Source: Candidatus Poseidoniales archaeon (lineage in GTDB: Archaea > Thermoplasmatota > Poseidoniia > Poseidoniales > Poseidoniaceae). Taken from it: DNA of 64,000 nt. Positions within the stretch are counted from its first letter, which is position 1. Each line of letters opens with the position of its first letter. The position numbers were made by a program, and so were the translations under genes. Shown here piece by piece: positions 19,239 to 29,525 of this stretch. Under the pieces are notes generated by a model. The model was not told the origin of the DNA. It worked only from the letters and a program-made list of their open reading frames with translations, and did not search any database. The stretch lies in contig JAYNJV010000003.1 in NCBI GenBank assembly GCA_038110525.1, positions 7,644-71,643 of the forward strand, in the 5' to 3' direction.

Positions 19239-19871
19239 CTACTGTAATTCGAGCCATGCAAGGAAAATGACAATCGGAAGACTGTACAACACGACTTTCT
19301 CAATCGTGTTGGATTTCTCTACCTGTGACAAGACTGTTGGTGGTAAAACTTCGATTGAAGATGTGGTTCTTTTTACTCTACTCATTGGAATTTCTTTTTC
19401 GATATAACCCAAAACATGGCTTCTCAAATCAGGGTTCCGACTCGTTTTCGTCCCTCGTCCAACAATAAATCGAACAGGAACCTTGCTCGTCAGTTGCAAT
19501 GAGGTTTTGACTACCCCTCGGATATTTGATAAATTATTCAGATCGATTCTCAATGTCCTGCCATCGGAATGAACATGGCTCATCACTCTCCAGTTTCCTT
19601 GCCCTTCATTGTATTCTTCAAGAATTTCTCTCGCTTTTTGTATTGGATTTTCATATTCGACATCAGGAACTTGACGAAATCCTAAGATTGGACCAAGTAC
19701 CAATGCGAAAAGGATTGGGAAAAAACAGAACAATTGGAGATGACGAAGTAAATCATCCGGTCGCGTGAGTGCAGATACGACGGCAACCGAAAATCCGACA
19801 TACAACCCTAACACAACTCCAGCTTGAATGCCTGTTGAAAATCCAACACGTCGTAATGGCGGGTCTTCCAC
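19239..19871 (-). CDS. Membrane protein with Smr-like domain
   Basis: Two N-terminal hydrophobic helices, then RIDLNNL...VRFIVGRG..S..PDLRSHV, then a C-terminal TM. Confidence 0.65.
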   Translation of the reverse strand: MEDPPLRRVGFSTGIQAGVVLGLYVGFSVAVVSALTRPDDLLRHLQLFCFFPILFALVLGPILGFRQVPDVEYENPIQKAREILEEYNEGQGNWRVMSHVHSDGRTLRIDLNNLSNIRGVVKTSLQLTSKVPVRFIVGRGTKTSRNPDLRSHVLGYIEKEIPMSRVKRTTSSIEVLPPTVLSQVEKSNTIEKVVLYSLPIVIFLAWLELQ

Positions 19872-19936
19872 GAGAACCCGACTACTTCAACACCTTTAGA
19901 TTTCATGCTAAAACCAAAATACTTCGGCGTATAACA

Positions 19937-20716
19937 ATGAACATGGTGGAAAGAAACGGCCTCGAACATCGAGGGCGTGAACAAAAATTTGCCTTTTGGT
20001 CATCCATTGTGATCGGGTTCTTTTTCATTTCATTTTTTATTGCCCCCTTTACTATTGAGAAAGGTGCAACAGGACATCTATCAGGAAATGCCAATTTGTT
20101 TGATTATGTGTCGGAAGAGGAGGACTCTTGGGGGAGTGGAGGGAACAAAAAAGTTGGACCTCATGAACATGACGACGGCGAAATCGTTGAACATTCTTCA
20201 TTTGCTTGGTCCGAGTTAAACATTTTTGCTGCATTTATCTACGGATTTGGTGACTTAAACTGTCACCAAAAACATGAACGAAGTTGGATGCTCAATGAGA
20301 ACCAATTGCCGGTTTGTACAAGAGATATCGGCATTTTCTTTGGTTTATTTTTAGGGAGCGTTGCGTTTTATTTCCGTGGTGTCAATCGATGGACTGTACG
20401 CGATACCTGCTTGTCATTGTATTCAGACCGTTGGCTCAATTCTATTTATGTAAGAAACCAGCGAACTCTTGCATGGTTACTCAGTGGAGTCATTCTTTGC
20501 TTACCATTAATTTTCGATGGATTCTATCAACTCCTCACCAGTTACGAATCGAACAACACTGTCAGAATAATGACAGGAATTCCATTTGGCTTCGGACTTG
20601 GCATTTTATTCTTGGGAATGTACGCTGCACGTTCTCAGTTTTTCTCAAATGCTACAGCTGTTAGATTACCGGGAGGAGTTTCATTCACCTTGGTCAAAAC
20701 TGAAGAATCAGAGTGA
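19937..20716 (+). CDS. DUF2085-family membrane protein
   Basis: CHQKHERSW..QLPVCTRDIGIF, PLIFDG..QL..YESNN.VRIMTG; multiple TM segments. Confidence 0.85.
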   Translation: MNMVERNGLEHRGREQKFAFWSSIVIGFFFISFFIAPFTIEKGATGHLSGNANLFDYVSEEEDSWGSGGNKKVGPHEHDDGEIVEHSSFAWSELNIFAAFIYGFGDLNCHQKHERSWMLNENQLPVCTRDIGIFFGLFLGSVAFYFRGVNRWTVRDTCLSLYSDRWLNSIYVRNQRTLAWLLSGVILCLPLIFDGFYQLLTSYESNNTVRIMTGIPFGFGLGILFLGMYAARSQFFSNATAVRLPGGVSFTLVKTEESE

Positions 20717-22063
20717 AGGCGGCTCCATCGACCACCAGACATTCATCTCTTCCACATTTTTCGGTACTGGGCAGCCTGTGTGACCACTTGTCAAAATTTC
20801 AAGCCTCATGGAAATCTGTTGTATCATTTTCTGTTGAGATGGAGTTAAATCCGATGTGGAGGTTCCAAAAATCGATTCAAATGCCACACTCCAATCCGAT
20901 TCAGGGTTTGCCCTTCTCCACCCAGAAAACAATTGCCTTGCAGGCCACAATGCAAGTGTCAGTCTTGAATAGCCCACAGTGTCATCTCTCAATTTGAAAA
21001 CTTGGGCATCCACGAAGGGAACATGGGATTGTTGTTTGTGAATCCAATTCTCTTCCACAAGCCACTTCACAAGTCTTTGCGTATGGCGTTTAGTCACCAT
21101 TCTTGATGGTCCAAAAGATGTGTATAATCGAGGTATCTCGCACGAACCCCCCATGAGAGATAATGTTCCTAAGACCGACCAACATGAATGAGCAAATGGT
21201 GTAGCAGGAACATCATTCTCCTTCGCAGACTCGGAGTTCCAACGGCTCTCTGCGTGGTCAAACCACCATGATGGGGATTGGCCACTTAACCAATCGGTAT
21301 GAATTTCGGTTTTTTCCATAGGTGCACCTGGCAACCTTCTTTGAAGTTGAACACTTTCAACCAGTTTTGATAAGAGAACCCTATCAACCTCATCGGATGA
21401 AACATTGAGGGGTTCGGACCGCTTGTTGAAAAATCGCCTCAATTCTTCTCTAAGATTCGATTTAAGTTCATCCAAACCACCTTCATTTAAAATCGGTCCC
21501 ACAATTTGACACTTATCAAAAGGAGCAGGGACGCGTATTTCGCCTGATAGTAATTCATGAAATCCTTGACGTATTTTCTTTTGAATTTCAGTTGTTTCAA
21601 AATACTCTTGCTTACCACTGGTCATCCTGAGTGTTCCTGTTTGAATTCTTTTCATCGCTTTTTCTGGGTCGCAATCAATCCAAAACACGATGTCTGGAAT
21701 CATTGCCGCAGCGTTCATTTTCACAACTTGGTCAATTCCGAGTTCACCAACAACCCCTTGATAGATAAGTGATGAATGTACATTTCGATCGGAGACGACC
21801 ACTGAACCTTGCTCAAGATGTGGAAGAATAAAGGTGTGGGAATGGTCTAATCGGTCCGCAGCAAAAAGGCCTGCTTCCTCAAGGGGTGTTTTTTTCCCGT
21901 GTTTTACAGCAGACAAAGCAAGTTTCCCCAATTCACTCTGTCTTCGTGGTTCATGGGTTGAAATGACATCTGGAAATGGGTACTCCGAAAGGAGTTCAGC
22001 CAAAATTCGAGCCGCTTCACCTTTTCCAGAACCGTCGCCCCCCTCAACGGAAATGAGGTACAC
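20708..22063 (-). CDS. tmk: Thymidylate (dTMP) kinase with a long C-terminal extension
   Basis: ISVEGGDGSGKG P-loop, THEP, LFAADR, VVSDRNVHSSLIYQG, PDIVFWID; about 230 extra residues follow. Confidence 0.88.
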   Translation of the reverse strand: MYLISVEGGDGSGKGEAARILAELLSEYPFPDVISTHEPRRQSELGKLALSAVKHGKKTPLEEAGLFAADRLDHSHTFILPHLEQGSVVVSDRNVHSSLIYQGVVGELGIDQVVKMNAAAMIPDIVFWIDCDPEKAMKRIQTGTLRMTSGKQEYFETTEIQKKIRQGFHELLSGEIRVPAPFDKCQIVGPILNEGGLDELKSNLREELRRFFNKRSEPLNVSSDEVDRVLLSKLVESVQLQRRLPGAPMEKTEIHTDWLSGQSPSWWFDHAESRWNSESAKENDVPATPFAHSCWSVLGTLSLMGGSCEIPRLYTSFGPSRMVTKRHTQRLVKWLVEENWIHKQQSHVPFVDAQVFKLRDDTVGYSRLTLALWPARQLFSGWRRANPESDWSVAFESIFGTSTSDLTPSQQKMIQQISMRLEILTSGHTGCPVPKNVEEMNVWWSMEPPSL

Positions 22064-22065
22064 AT

Positions 22066-22911
22066 CTACACCCCGAGCTGGTCTTCAAATTCTTCGCGAA
22101 TGAATGTGATGAGAATCATACCAAGCAAAATGAGAAGGGGGCCGAAAATGATGAGTCCACGACTAAACAAACCGATTCCTGCCAGATAGTGTGTACGTCT
22201 GTAATGTCGTGCCCTGCGAACTTCCACAGCCCCTTGGATGCCCACAAATCCGCAAACAATGGTAACAATTCCGATAATACTCGACAACCCGACGGCTAAA
22301 TCAAGACTCCAGCCACCCGTACTCGAACGAAAATCTTCTTTTCGAACACCATCTCCTTCGGTCATTGTTGCTGGCAAAGAATTTCCACCATCAGGAATGA
22401 ATGTCCGTTCTATTGTCTCGAAACCATCTTTGGAAAAAACGAGAATGTGGACATTTGTTGTGACATTCTCAAATCGGTAATAACCATCGGAATTTGAGGT
22501 TGTAGTTTGTTGAATGATGTTATCTTCATTTTTTAGTTCAATGAGAACGGCATCAAGGCCTCCTCCATCATCATCAAATAAAACAACTCCAGTCACATCT
22601 ACGCTATCAGTTTCAGAGAAGAACGAAGATGCAAGCAAATCACCTGGATTGCCTTGAAAAATAAGAATGCCACTGATAACACCCAGAATGCTGCCGATAA
22701 GAATACACATGGATGCTACATATTGTACCCGATTGGAATCATCTTTCACAAAGGAATAGATTTGAGGTGGATTTGTTTCGACGATTGGGGAAGCAACAAT
22801 CAGTTCATCGGATGAAACAATGATTTCTTGTTCTGTTTGGTCTTGTTGAGAAAGTTTACTTTGAACTCGGGCTCTGAGAGCTTGTTTTCTTTGCTCTCTA
22901 TCGGCATCCAT
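22066..22911 (-). CDS. Membrane protein with carboxypeptidase-regulatory-like (transthyretin-like) domain
   Basis: VTGVVL..G.GLDAVLIEL..TTSNSDGYYRFENV..HILVFSKDGFET flanked by TM helices. Confidence 0.72.
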   Translation of the reverse strand: MDADREQRKQALRARVQSKLSQQDQTEQEIIVSSDELIVASPIVETNPPQIYSFVKDDSNRVQYVASMCILIGSILGVISGILIFQGNPGDLLASSFFSETDSVDVTGVVLFDDDGGGLDAVLIELKNEDNIIQQTTTSNSDGYYRFENVTTNVHILVFSKDGFETIERTFIPDGGNSLPATMTEGDGVRKEDFRSSTGGWSLDLAVGLSSIIGIVTIVCGFVGIQGAVEVRRARHYRRTHYLAGIGLFSRGLIIFGPLLILLGMILITFIREEFEDQLGV

Positions 22912-22963
22912 GTTCCTCACCCATCCATACCACTGCATACGCGGATATGAGTCCTTTCATTCC

Positions 22964-24157
22964 TTACCGCGCATGAACCTTCTTCAATCTATACACAAAA
23001 AGTGCAACTGATAAGCATAAAATTCCAATAGAGAGAAGACTTGGCAAAATATAATCTTCAGCAGAGGAGCCAGCATCAATAGTATTATTTTCATCATCAA
23101 CTGTATGGTTTTGTTGTGTATCATTTGTCCATTCATCATTGTGAAAATTCACAAAATAATTTTTTTGAAGACCAAATTCCATCATGCGTCCTATAGCGGT
23201 TAATGCTTCAGGTGAAACATTGTCTATCGTGTCATTTTTTGTGTGCCAAAGACTTCCAAATCCACCATTAGATACATTTCCATAGATAGGGTCCATAATA
23301 TCAATTGATGGTATACCGAGTTGATGTGGATGGACATGGTCATCAAACACAAATGTAATGTTTTGATAATCGAGAATTCCCTCAGGAAAATCTGTCTGGC
23401 ATGTAGCGTTTGGTCCATACCCAAGTCTTTGTGCAATCATTTCGATTTGTCCGTAAAGAGAATCATTTCCTGGGCTGATTTTGTGAAGTCTCAAATCTTT
23501 ATCACCAACCATGTCAAGAAGGATAAATGCTTCAATATTATCAATTTCTTCGGATGTTAAATTCTCTGCCCATGCTTTTGAACCCAGAGTAAAGTTTTGG
23601 TCTTGATCTTCTGCATCAGTCCAAAGAAACTCGACTGCATATGATAAATTCATACTTGGTATTAATCTTGCTAACTCAATGAGAACAGCCGTCCCACTTG
23701 CACCATCATTCGCTCCATCGATAGGTTGAGAACGTAAACTTTCATTTTCATCTCTATCAGCAATGTTGCGAGAGTCATAATGAGCAGAAAAAATGACCGT
23801 CTTTTCATTGTTTTGTCCATGAGGTGAAGAATATCTTGCTATAACATTCGTAAAATTATAATTTAGATGTTGATGTTGTTGCAATTCAACAACATAACCG
23901 AGGGACTGCAGAAATTCAGATACATTGTTGCGAAATTCGGTGGAAGCGTTGCTCTCTGGGATACGGGGGCCAAGTGAGACTTGCCATTCTAAATCTGAGA
24001 AGGCTCGACTGCCATTGAAATTCAAATTTTCCAATAGTCCGCAGTCGGGCGAAACTGTCGAAGAATGCCGAACAGACACCTCGTTGAAGGTGCTTGGTAA
24101 CGAAGATGATAACATAAACAAGACCATGAAAAAAACAAGCAATCTTGATGCCATCAA
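22964..24157 (-). CDS. Secreted, C-terminally anchored M28 peptidase (glutaminyl-cyclase-like)
   Basis: Signal peptide, LGPRIPES, SAHYDSR, GANDGASG, DAED, LLDMVG, DDHV, WHT, C-terminal TM. Confidence 0.88.
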   Translation of the reverse strand: MMASRLLVFFMVLFMLSSSLPSTFNEVSVRHSSTVSPDCGLLENLNFNGSRAFSDLEWQVSLGPRIPESNASTEFRNNVSEFLQSLGYVVELQQHQHLNYNFTNVIARYSSPHGQNNEKTVIFSAHYDSRNIADRDENESLRSQPIDGANDGASGTAVLIELARLIPSMNLSYAVEFLWTDAEDQDQNFTLGSKAWAENLTSEEIDNIEAFILLDMVGDKDLRLHKISPGNDSLYGQIEMIAQRLGYGPNATCQTDFPEGILDYQNITFVFDDHVHPHQLGIPSIDIMDPIYGNVSNGGFGSLWHTKNDTIDNVSPEALTAIGRMMEFGLQKNYFVNFHNDEWTNDTQQNHTVDDENNTIDAGSSAEDYILPSLLSIGILCLSVALFVYRLKKVHAR

Positions 24158-24243
24158 AGTGATGCTTCAATCACGGACACTTAAATACCACCTTTTATGT
24201 GGGAAAAAAAGAGAGCCTGCTCTCAATATGCTGAGGTGAAAGA

Positions 24244-27200
24244 ATGTATGATTTTCGCTCCACAAAGGCTTTATTCATCATCTTTCTTTTCTCACTCTCA
24301 AGTCTTCTTCCAATTCTTCCGGGGGCGGCTGAACCTGAAATTTCGCAGCCATATGATGCACCATTGGGAACGATCATCGGCGACATAAATGACTTCGACC
24401 CTTCTACTGGCTCACAATATCTCTTTATTCACGAAGAACAACCAGTAGTTTCAGCAACACAATTTTTCCGACAAGCTTGGATTGATGCTGGACGGCCAGG
24501 TGTTGATGACATGGTCGTTGACGCACAAACATCAGGTCGCGCAAGTGCCCGTGCATGTTCGCAGCATGTTGTTGGCGAAACACTGAATGTCAACACTGCG
24601 GGTGGCCAAATTAGTGCGTATGTAGCAAAAACAACTCAATCGGTCGCTTTCATCGTCGAGAGTGGCCGAACCCTATCTTCAACTGTGCTCAATAATCTTG
24701 CAAGTACTTGGGACAACACAATCTATCCGACCATGACAACATACTACGGTAAAGATTACCAAGACGGCCGAGGATTGGCTCCCCCCGATGTCGACAATAA
24801 TTGTCAAATTCAAATCATCATTTACGCTATCGATGGTGCATACAATACCGGCGGATACTTTGCTCCTTCATTTGCCAGTTCGAGAGAAGCAATTTTCGTT
24901 GATTTTGCGGACATCACCTTGAGTTGGGGAAAATCAATTCTTGCTCACGAACTTGAACATTTGTTGCACAACGCCCTTGACCCTTATGAAAATTTGTGGC
25001 TCGATGAAGGAAATGCAGACGTAGCCATCTATCTTTGCTTCGGAGTGGATTCTACACTTGTTAGTCACGTCAACCAGTGGACTGCTGCACCTGAATTGTC
25101 CGTACGATGGTGGAATCAACGATTTGCAGACTATGGTGCTGGATATCTCTTCACAATGTATCTTCAAGACCACCTTGGAGGAGGCCCAGCCGTTCGTCAA
25201 CTCGTGCAAGATACGGCTACTGGTGGTGCAGGCGTGCGCAATCTTTTGCTCTCTCCGTTAGCAGGACAAGTCGGTTTGCTTGGAAGAAACATGGGTGAAG
25301 CCTTTGCGAACTTTTCGATTGCAGTCACACTCGATTCAGACCAAGGAATCTACGGATTTCCCAATCTCAACTTGAATCCTGTCTGTTCTTCAGGTGCATT
25401 TTGCAGGGCACAACCAACTGAAATCAATAGTGATTGGAGTACACCATGGTCTTCAACTGGTAATTCTGTCGAAGGATGGGGAATTCGTTCGTTTAAATTT
25501 ACACCCGGTTCCGCCTCGCCAGCACCACTTACAATTCGTGCTACTGCAGATGTGAGTAATTTTGATGGCGTTGTGGTCTCGAAAGCCTCAACGGATGGAC
25601 TTTGGAGTGTAACGGACCTCAATTTCAACAACAATGTAGCAACTGCTCTCATACCAGGATTTGGAAACCTCACAGATGAAGTTTGGGTCATCACATGGTA
25701 CGCTAGTACCGTAGCGGACTGCGATTACACTTCATGTGGACCAAGTTACCCGCAAGGCACAATCGATGTGGAGGCTGCCAGAATTACATCTCCTGCTACA
25801 CTGAGCATCAACACGACAATGGTTTCAGACAGGGATGGCGACGGAACAGGCGATACGATGGAAATCGGATATGATGTTCTTTCCAACGCATTCTTCGAAG
25901 ACCTGGATGTAAAATTCGACGTACGCGACAGCAATGGAACCATCGTTGATACTCTCACCAGAAGAGTTCAAGCAGGCGGCGGTTCACCTGTCTCGCACAT
26001 AGTTTATTTCACTGCCCCAAAGGTTGACCAATATCGAATTGAATTCTCAATGTCCGATGTGATTGGGACGCAGGTCGACACAGCAACAACTTCCCCGACG
26101 TCCCTTGGAAATATGGCCCCAACTGCGAACGGTTCTGTATCTCAAAACGATGTACAAACTTGGGAAAACTTACAATTCATCGGGTCCGGTTTTGATGCTT
26201 GGGGGTTGTCGAATGAGAACAACACACTGCCGTATCGAGATCAGCCTGTCGCTTATTATTGGAATTTCGGAGACAACCAAAGTTCAAATCTAAAATCTCC
26301 ACTCCGTTCGTATACAGATGTAGGTCAGTACAATGCAACCTTGAGAATTCAAGACCAAGGCGGCACATGGTCGAACGTTGATGTTGAACAGGTGAATGTG
26401 ACTGATGATACTGAACCAATGCCAATTGTCACTGTGAACAATGTCATCATCGATGATGCTCTCTCGTTAATGACCAATCAGCGAATTCTATTTTCTGCAG
26501 GACGAACTGTTGACAACGTTCCAATCGATAACTTGTACTTCGAATGGGATTGGGGCGATGGAACCGTAGATTCTGGAGTTGGCGCGTATATCCAACAACA
26601 TGAATGGGGAGATATTCAAGGCGAAAATCAAACCTTCACGTTGAGCTTGACTGTATCGGATGGAATTAATGTCGGTCTTAAAGAAATTGAAGTGACCATC
26701 AACAACCGCTTACCAATTCAAGTCTACTCAGACCAACTCACGACCTCAACTTACATTCCTCTTCAAATGCCAAATGTCTTCGTCGATGACGATGGCGAAA
26801 TTATTTCCTACTTGTGGAATTTTGAAGACGGCGTCTACATTGGTAGCAAGGCACCAGACAGAAATGATGATTTCATCATGACCACATCAATTGAGAAAAA
26901 CCCATTTATTTCGTGGGATACCCCAGGCCTTAAATCAGTCACTCTTCAAGTTACGGATGACGACGGTAGCCAAGTTACTGCTCAACTGTTTGTTAATGTT
27001 CTCAATCAACAACCAATCGCCCAATTCTCGGTCCGAACCTCTTCAACATCGGGCTCTGTGCCAGTGGACTTTAGATCTGAAGATGCAACCATTGATACAC
27101 CTTACACATTTGATGGACGCACCAGTTCCGACCCAGATGGATTGGTAGGGGATTCATCGGACATCAGTTTTAACTGGACATTTTCTGATGGTACAACCAA

Positions 27201-28440
27201 CGATCGACCACAAGTTACACATTCATTTTCCTCACCAGGAATCCACACCGTGACCCTTATCGTAACCGATGCCGATGGAGAAGAGAGTTTTCCCCGCATC
27301 GTGACCCTGCATGTTCAAAACCCAAGGCCAATCATCGCTGTGAACATTCTTGATGCTTGGATTGATGGGGAGCAAGTGACAAGTTCAACCTCTTTTACGA
27401 ACACCACACAAATTGATTATTTTACCCATACTTTTGATGACGATAATAGAATTTATACTTCTCCTGGAAATATGTTGTACTTTGATTCGTATGGCACAAG
27501 GGATGCAGATAGGATGTATGAAGGCAAATTCTCTCCATACCTTGCAGATACGGAACAATGGAACGGCATTGTTGAGTACACATGGGATTTCGGTGATGCG
27601 ACACCTGTGGAACATAGTCCGTTCCCATTTCACGCCTATTTGCTTCCGGGTATCTATGATGTTTCTCTCACCGTTCGAGACAGCTTCGGAACTGGCGATG
27701 TGAGTCGAGAGACCTTCACAATTATCGTTGCATTTCCTCCAAACATCGAAACTATCCTCTTCCCAGATGATATCTATGTCGATACTGCAAATGCTGTGTT
27801 TGCAAAGATTTTGAATGAAAATGGAGATTTATACCTCTCTGAAATTTATCGAGATACCAATATTGAAGATGGTTCTATTTTCGACAGAGATGAACGTATC
27901 TCCCAAGAGTTTGATGTCTTATGGGATTTCGATACAGAAGTGGATGAAAATGCGAACGGGAACCCTGCCGATGATTGGGTTTCCCCGCTTGCTGGATCAG
28001 TATCAAGGGCAAGTACTTCATGGAGTGAGCCAGGATCATACACGGTCTTAGTACAGGTTTGTGACGGTTTTGGTACCTGTTCATTTTTGACGGCGGAAAT
28101 TGAAGTAACAATTGAGCCTTCCAATCGACCCTCGCTATCAGAATTTAGTGCTGATGAATGGAAATCTTGGCTTGCAGATGCAGGATCGGAATTTGCTAAA
28201 TTTATGGGACTTATCATCGTCGCTTTGGTCCTCGGATACCTTTGGTTAAGAGAACCTTCTGAACTCGAGGAAGAAGCAAAAGAGGCTGCTGAAACATACA
28301 ACGACTTGGAACGTGTCGAAACTCAAGGCGGGATGCTTGGTATGGATCATCATAAACCACCACCGGCTCCGAAAATACTATCGAAGGAAGAACGACGAAA
28401 TTCAGAAAGTGGATACGTTCGCCCACTCCGAAGACGATGA
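24244..28440 (+). CDS. Large surface zinc metalloprotease with multiple PKD domains and C-terminal anchor
   Basis: Signal peptide, AHELEHLLH...WLDEG gluzincin-like site, repeated W(N/D/T)FGD/WDWGDG PKD motifs, TM plus basic tail. Confidence 0.85.
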   Translation: MYDFRSTKALFIIFLFSLSSLLPILPGAAEPEISQPYDAPLGTIIGDINDFDPSTGSQYLFIHEEQPVVSATQFFRQAWIDAGRPGVDDMVVDAQTSGRASARACSQHVVGETLNVNTAGGQISAYVAKTTQSVAFIVESGRTLSSTVLNNLASTWDNTIYPTMTTYYGKDYQDGRGLAPPDVDNNCQIQIIIYAIDGAYNTGGYFAPSFASSREAIFVDFADITLSWGKSILAHELEHLLHNALDPYENLWLDEGNADVAIYLCFGVDSTLVSHVNQWTAAPELSVRWWNQRFADYGAGYLFTMYLQDHLGGGPAVRQLVQDTATGGAGVRNLLLSPLAGQVGLLGRNMGEAFANFSIAVTLDSDQGIYGFPNLNLNPVCSSGAFCRAQPTEINSDWSTPWSSTGNSVEGWGIRSFKFTPGSASPAPLTIRATADVSNFDGVVVSKASTDGLWSVTDLNFNNNVATALIPGFGNLTDEVWVITWYASTVADCDYTSCGPSYPQGTIDVEAARITSPATLSINTTMVSDRDGDGTGDTMEIGYDVLSNAFFEDLDVKFDVRDSNGTIVDTLTRRVQAGGGSPVSHIVYFTAPKVDQYRIEFSMSDVIGTQVDTATTSPTSLGNMAPTANGSVSQNDVQTWENLQFIGSGFDAWGLSNENNTLPYRDQPVAYYWNFGDNQSSNLKSPLRSYTDVGQYNATLRIQDQGGTWSNVDVEQVNVTDDTEPMPIVTVNNVIIDDALSLMTNQRILFSAGRTVDNVPIDNLYFEWDWGDGTVDSGVGAYIQQHEWGDIQGENQTFTLSLTVSDGINVGLKEIEVTINNRLPIQVYSDQLTTSTYIPLQMPNVFVDDDGEIISYLWNFEDGVYIGSKAPDRNDDFIMTTSIEKNPFISWDTPGLKSVTLQVTDDDGSQVTAQLFVNVLNQQPIAQFSVRTSSTSGSVPVDFRSEDATIDTPYTFDGRTSSDPDGLVGDSSDISFNWTFSDGTTNDRPQVTHSFSSPGIHTVTLIVTDADGEESFPRIVTLHVQNPRPIIAVNILDAWIDGEQVTSSTSFTNTTQIDYFTHTFDDDNRIYTSPGNMLYFDSYGTRDADRMYEGKFSPYLADTEQWNGIVEYTWDFGDATPVEHSPFPFHAYLLPGIYDVSLTVRDSFGTGDVSRETFTIIVAFPPNIETILFPDDIYVDTANAVFAKILNENGDLYLSEIYRDTNIEDGSIFDRDERISQEFDVLWDFDTEVDENANGNPADDWVSPLAGSVSRASTSWSEPGSYTVLVQVCDGFGTCSFLTAEIEVTIEPSNRPSLSEFSADEWKSWLADAGSEFAKFMGLIIVALVLGYLWLREPSELEEEAKEAAETYNDLERVETQGGMLGMDHHKPPPAPKILSKEERRNSESGYVRPLRRR

Positions 28441-29525
28441 GGTCAATTTACATGACAAAAAAAAGTGCAATATTGCTTTCTATAGAAAAGAGAGTATCGG
28501 CTCTCACCTTCGTTTTTTTGTTGATGTCGATTGTGGGATTCTCAATCGTCATAAGTCCAACAGCAATGTCTTCAAATCATCAATGCCAAGGCGATATTCA
28601 AAATACAAAATGGAATGAATCAATATCAAAACATGCCTTGGTACCCTTTTACTACAACAACTGGTTCTACTATGAAGACGATGGCTTTGGTGGAAAAGAT
28701 GTGGTCGTTTCTGAACCCATGATGGATGAAGAGGTCCAAGTCCAAGTTGACCAAGCCTTACATCCAGAAGAAGAATGGATGTATGCATATCCATATTCCT
28801 CTCCACTCGATACGCTAACAACCAATCATTTCTTTCAATTGGTCACAGGAAATGATAGTGCTGGTGCTGTTCGATTGAATTTATCATCATCCCACAGAAC
28901 CACGTTCTGCATTCAAATCCTATCAAGCAATTCAACAGATGCAACACCTTCTAAAGCGGATATTTATCTTATGACCTCATCGGAATATCAGAAATACCAA
29001 TCAGCATACTCAATGGCACATGACAATTACTGGTATGATTTTGATTACCGCGGGTTGGATAATGATCCAAGTCCTCCAGAATGGCAAAATTTTGACATTT
29101 CTTCATGGAAAAGTTTCAGAGATGTACACGATTACGAGAATGTGGATGCCGCTACTTTCTCCGTAAATCTCGACGGCCCAGAAGCGTACACCTCGATTTT
29201 TGGAGAAACTGTGTGGGATGAATTCTACCTTGTTATCGACGCTTGGGATAGTTCTCGAACTGGTGATGCACAGGCCCTTGGAGAGCCAGTGTATGCTGAT
29301 GTCACAGTCATTTCAAACCAAAGGTCGTTTATCTTGCCTAATTGGTCAGTTGCTTTGATATTCTTTGTGTTCTGTGCCAGTCTAATTGCAGTCCCTGTTC
29401 TCCTCAATCAACGCTACATGAAAGCAGGAATCAATCAAGAACAACAATCAACATTTGTGCCTACTGTTCAAAATGAAATGAGCAAGACCTATGATGACTT
29501 TCTACTAAAATCTGAAGAGGAATAG
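28437..29525 (+). CDS. Hypothetical membrane-anchored extracellular protein
   Basis: N-terminal and C-terminal hydrophobic helices; start overlaps the upstream stop (ATGA). Confidence 0.7.
   Translation: MRSIYMTKKSAILLSIEKRVSALTFVFLLMSIVGFSIVISPTAMSSNHQCQGDIQNTKWNESISKHALVPFYYNNWFYYEDDGFGGKDVVVSEPMMDEEVQVQVDQALHPEEEWMYAYPYSSPLDTLTTNHFFQLVTGNDSAGAVRLNLSSSHRTTFCIQILSSNSTDATPSKADIYLMTSSEYQKYQSAYSMAHDNYWYDFDYRGLDNDPSPPEWQNFDISSWKSFRDVHDYENVDAATFSVNLDGPEAYTSIFGETVWDEFYLVIDAWDSSRTGDAQALGEPVYADVTVISNQRSFILPNWSVALIFFVFCASLIAVPVLLNQRYMKAGINQEQQSTFVPTVQNEMSKTYDDFLLKSEEE

Noticed and set aside
19769..19936. Apparent head-to-head overlap of the DUF2085 ORF with the Smr-like gene
   Set aside because: Removed by using ATG 19937; an ORF-caller extension
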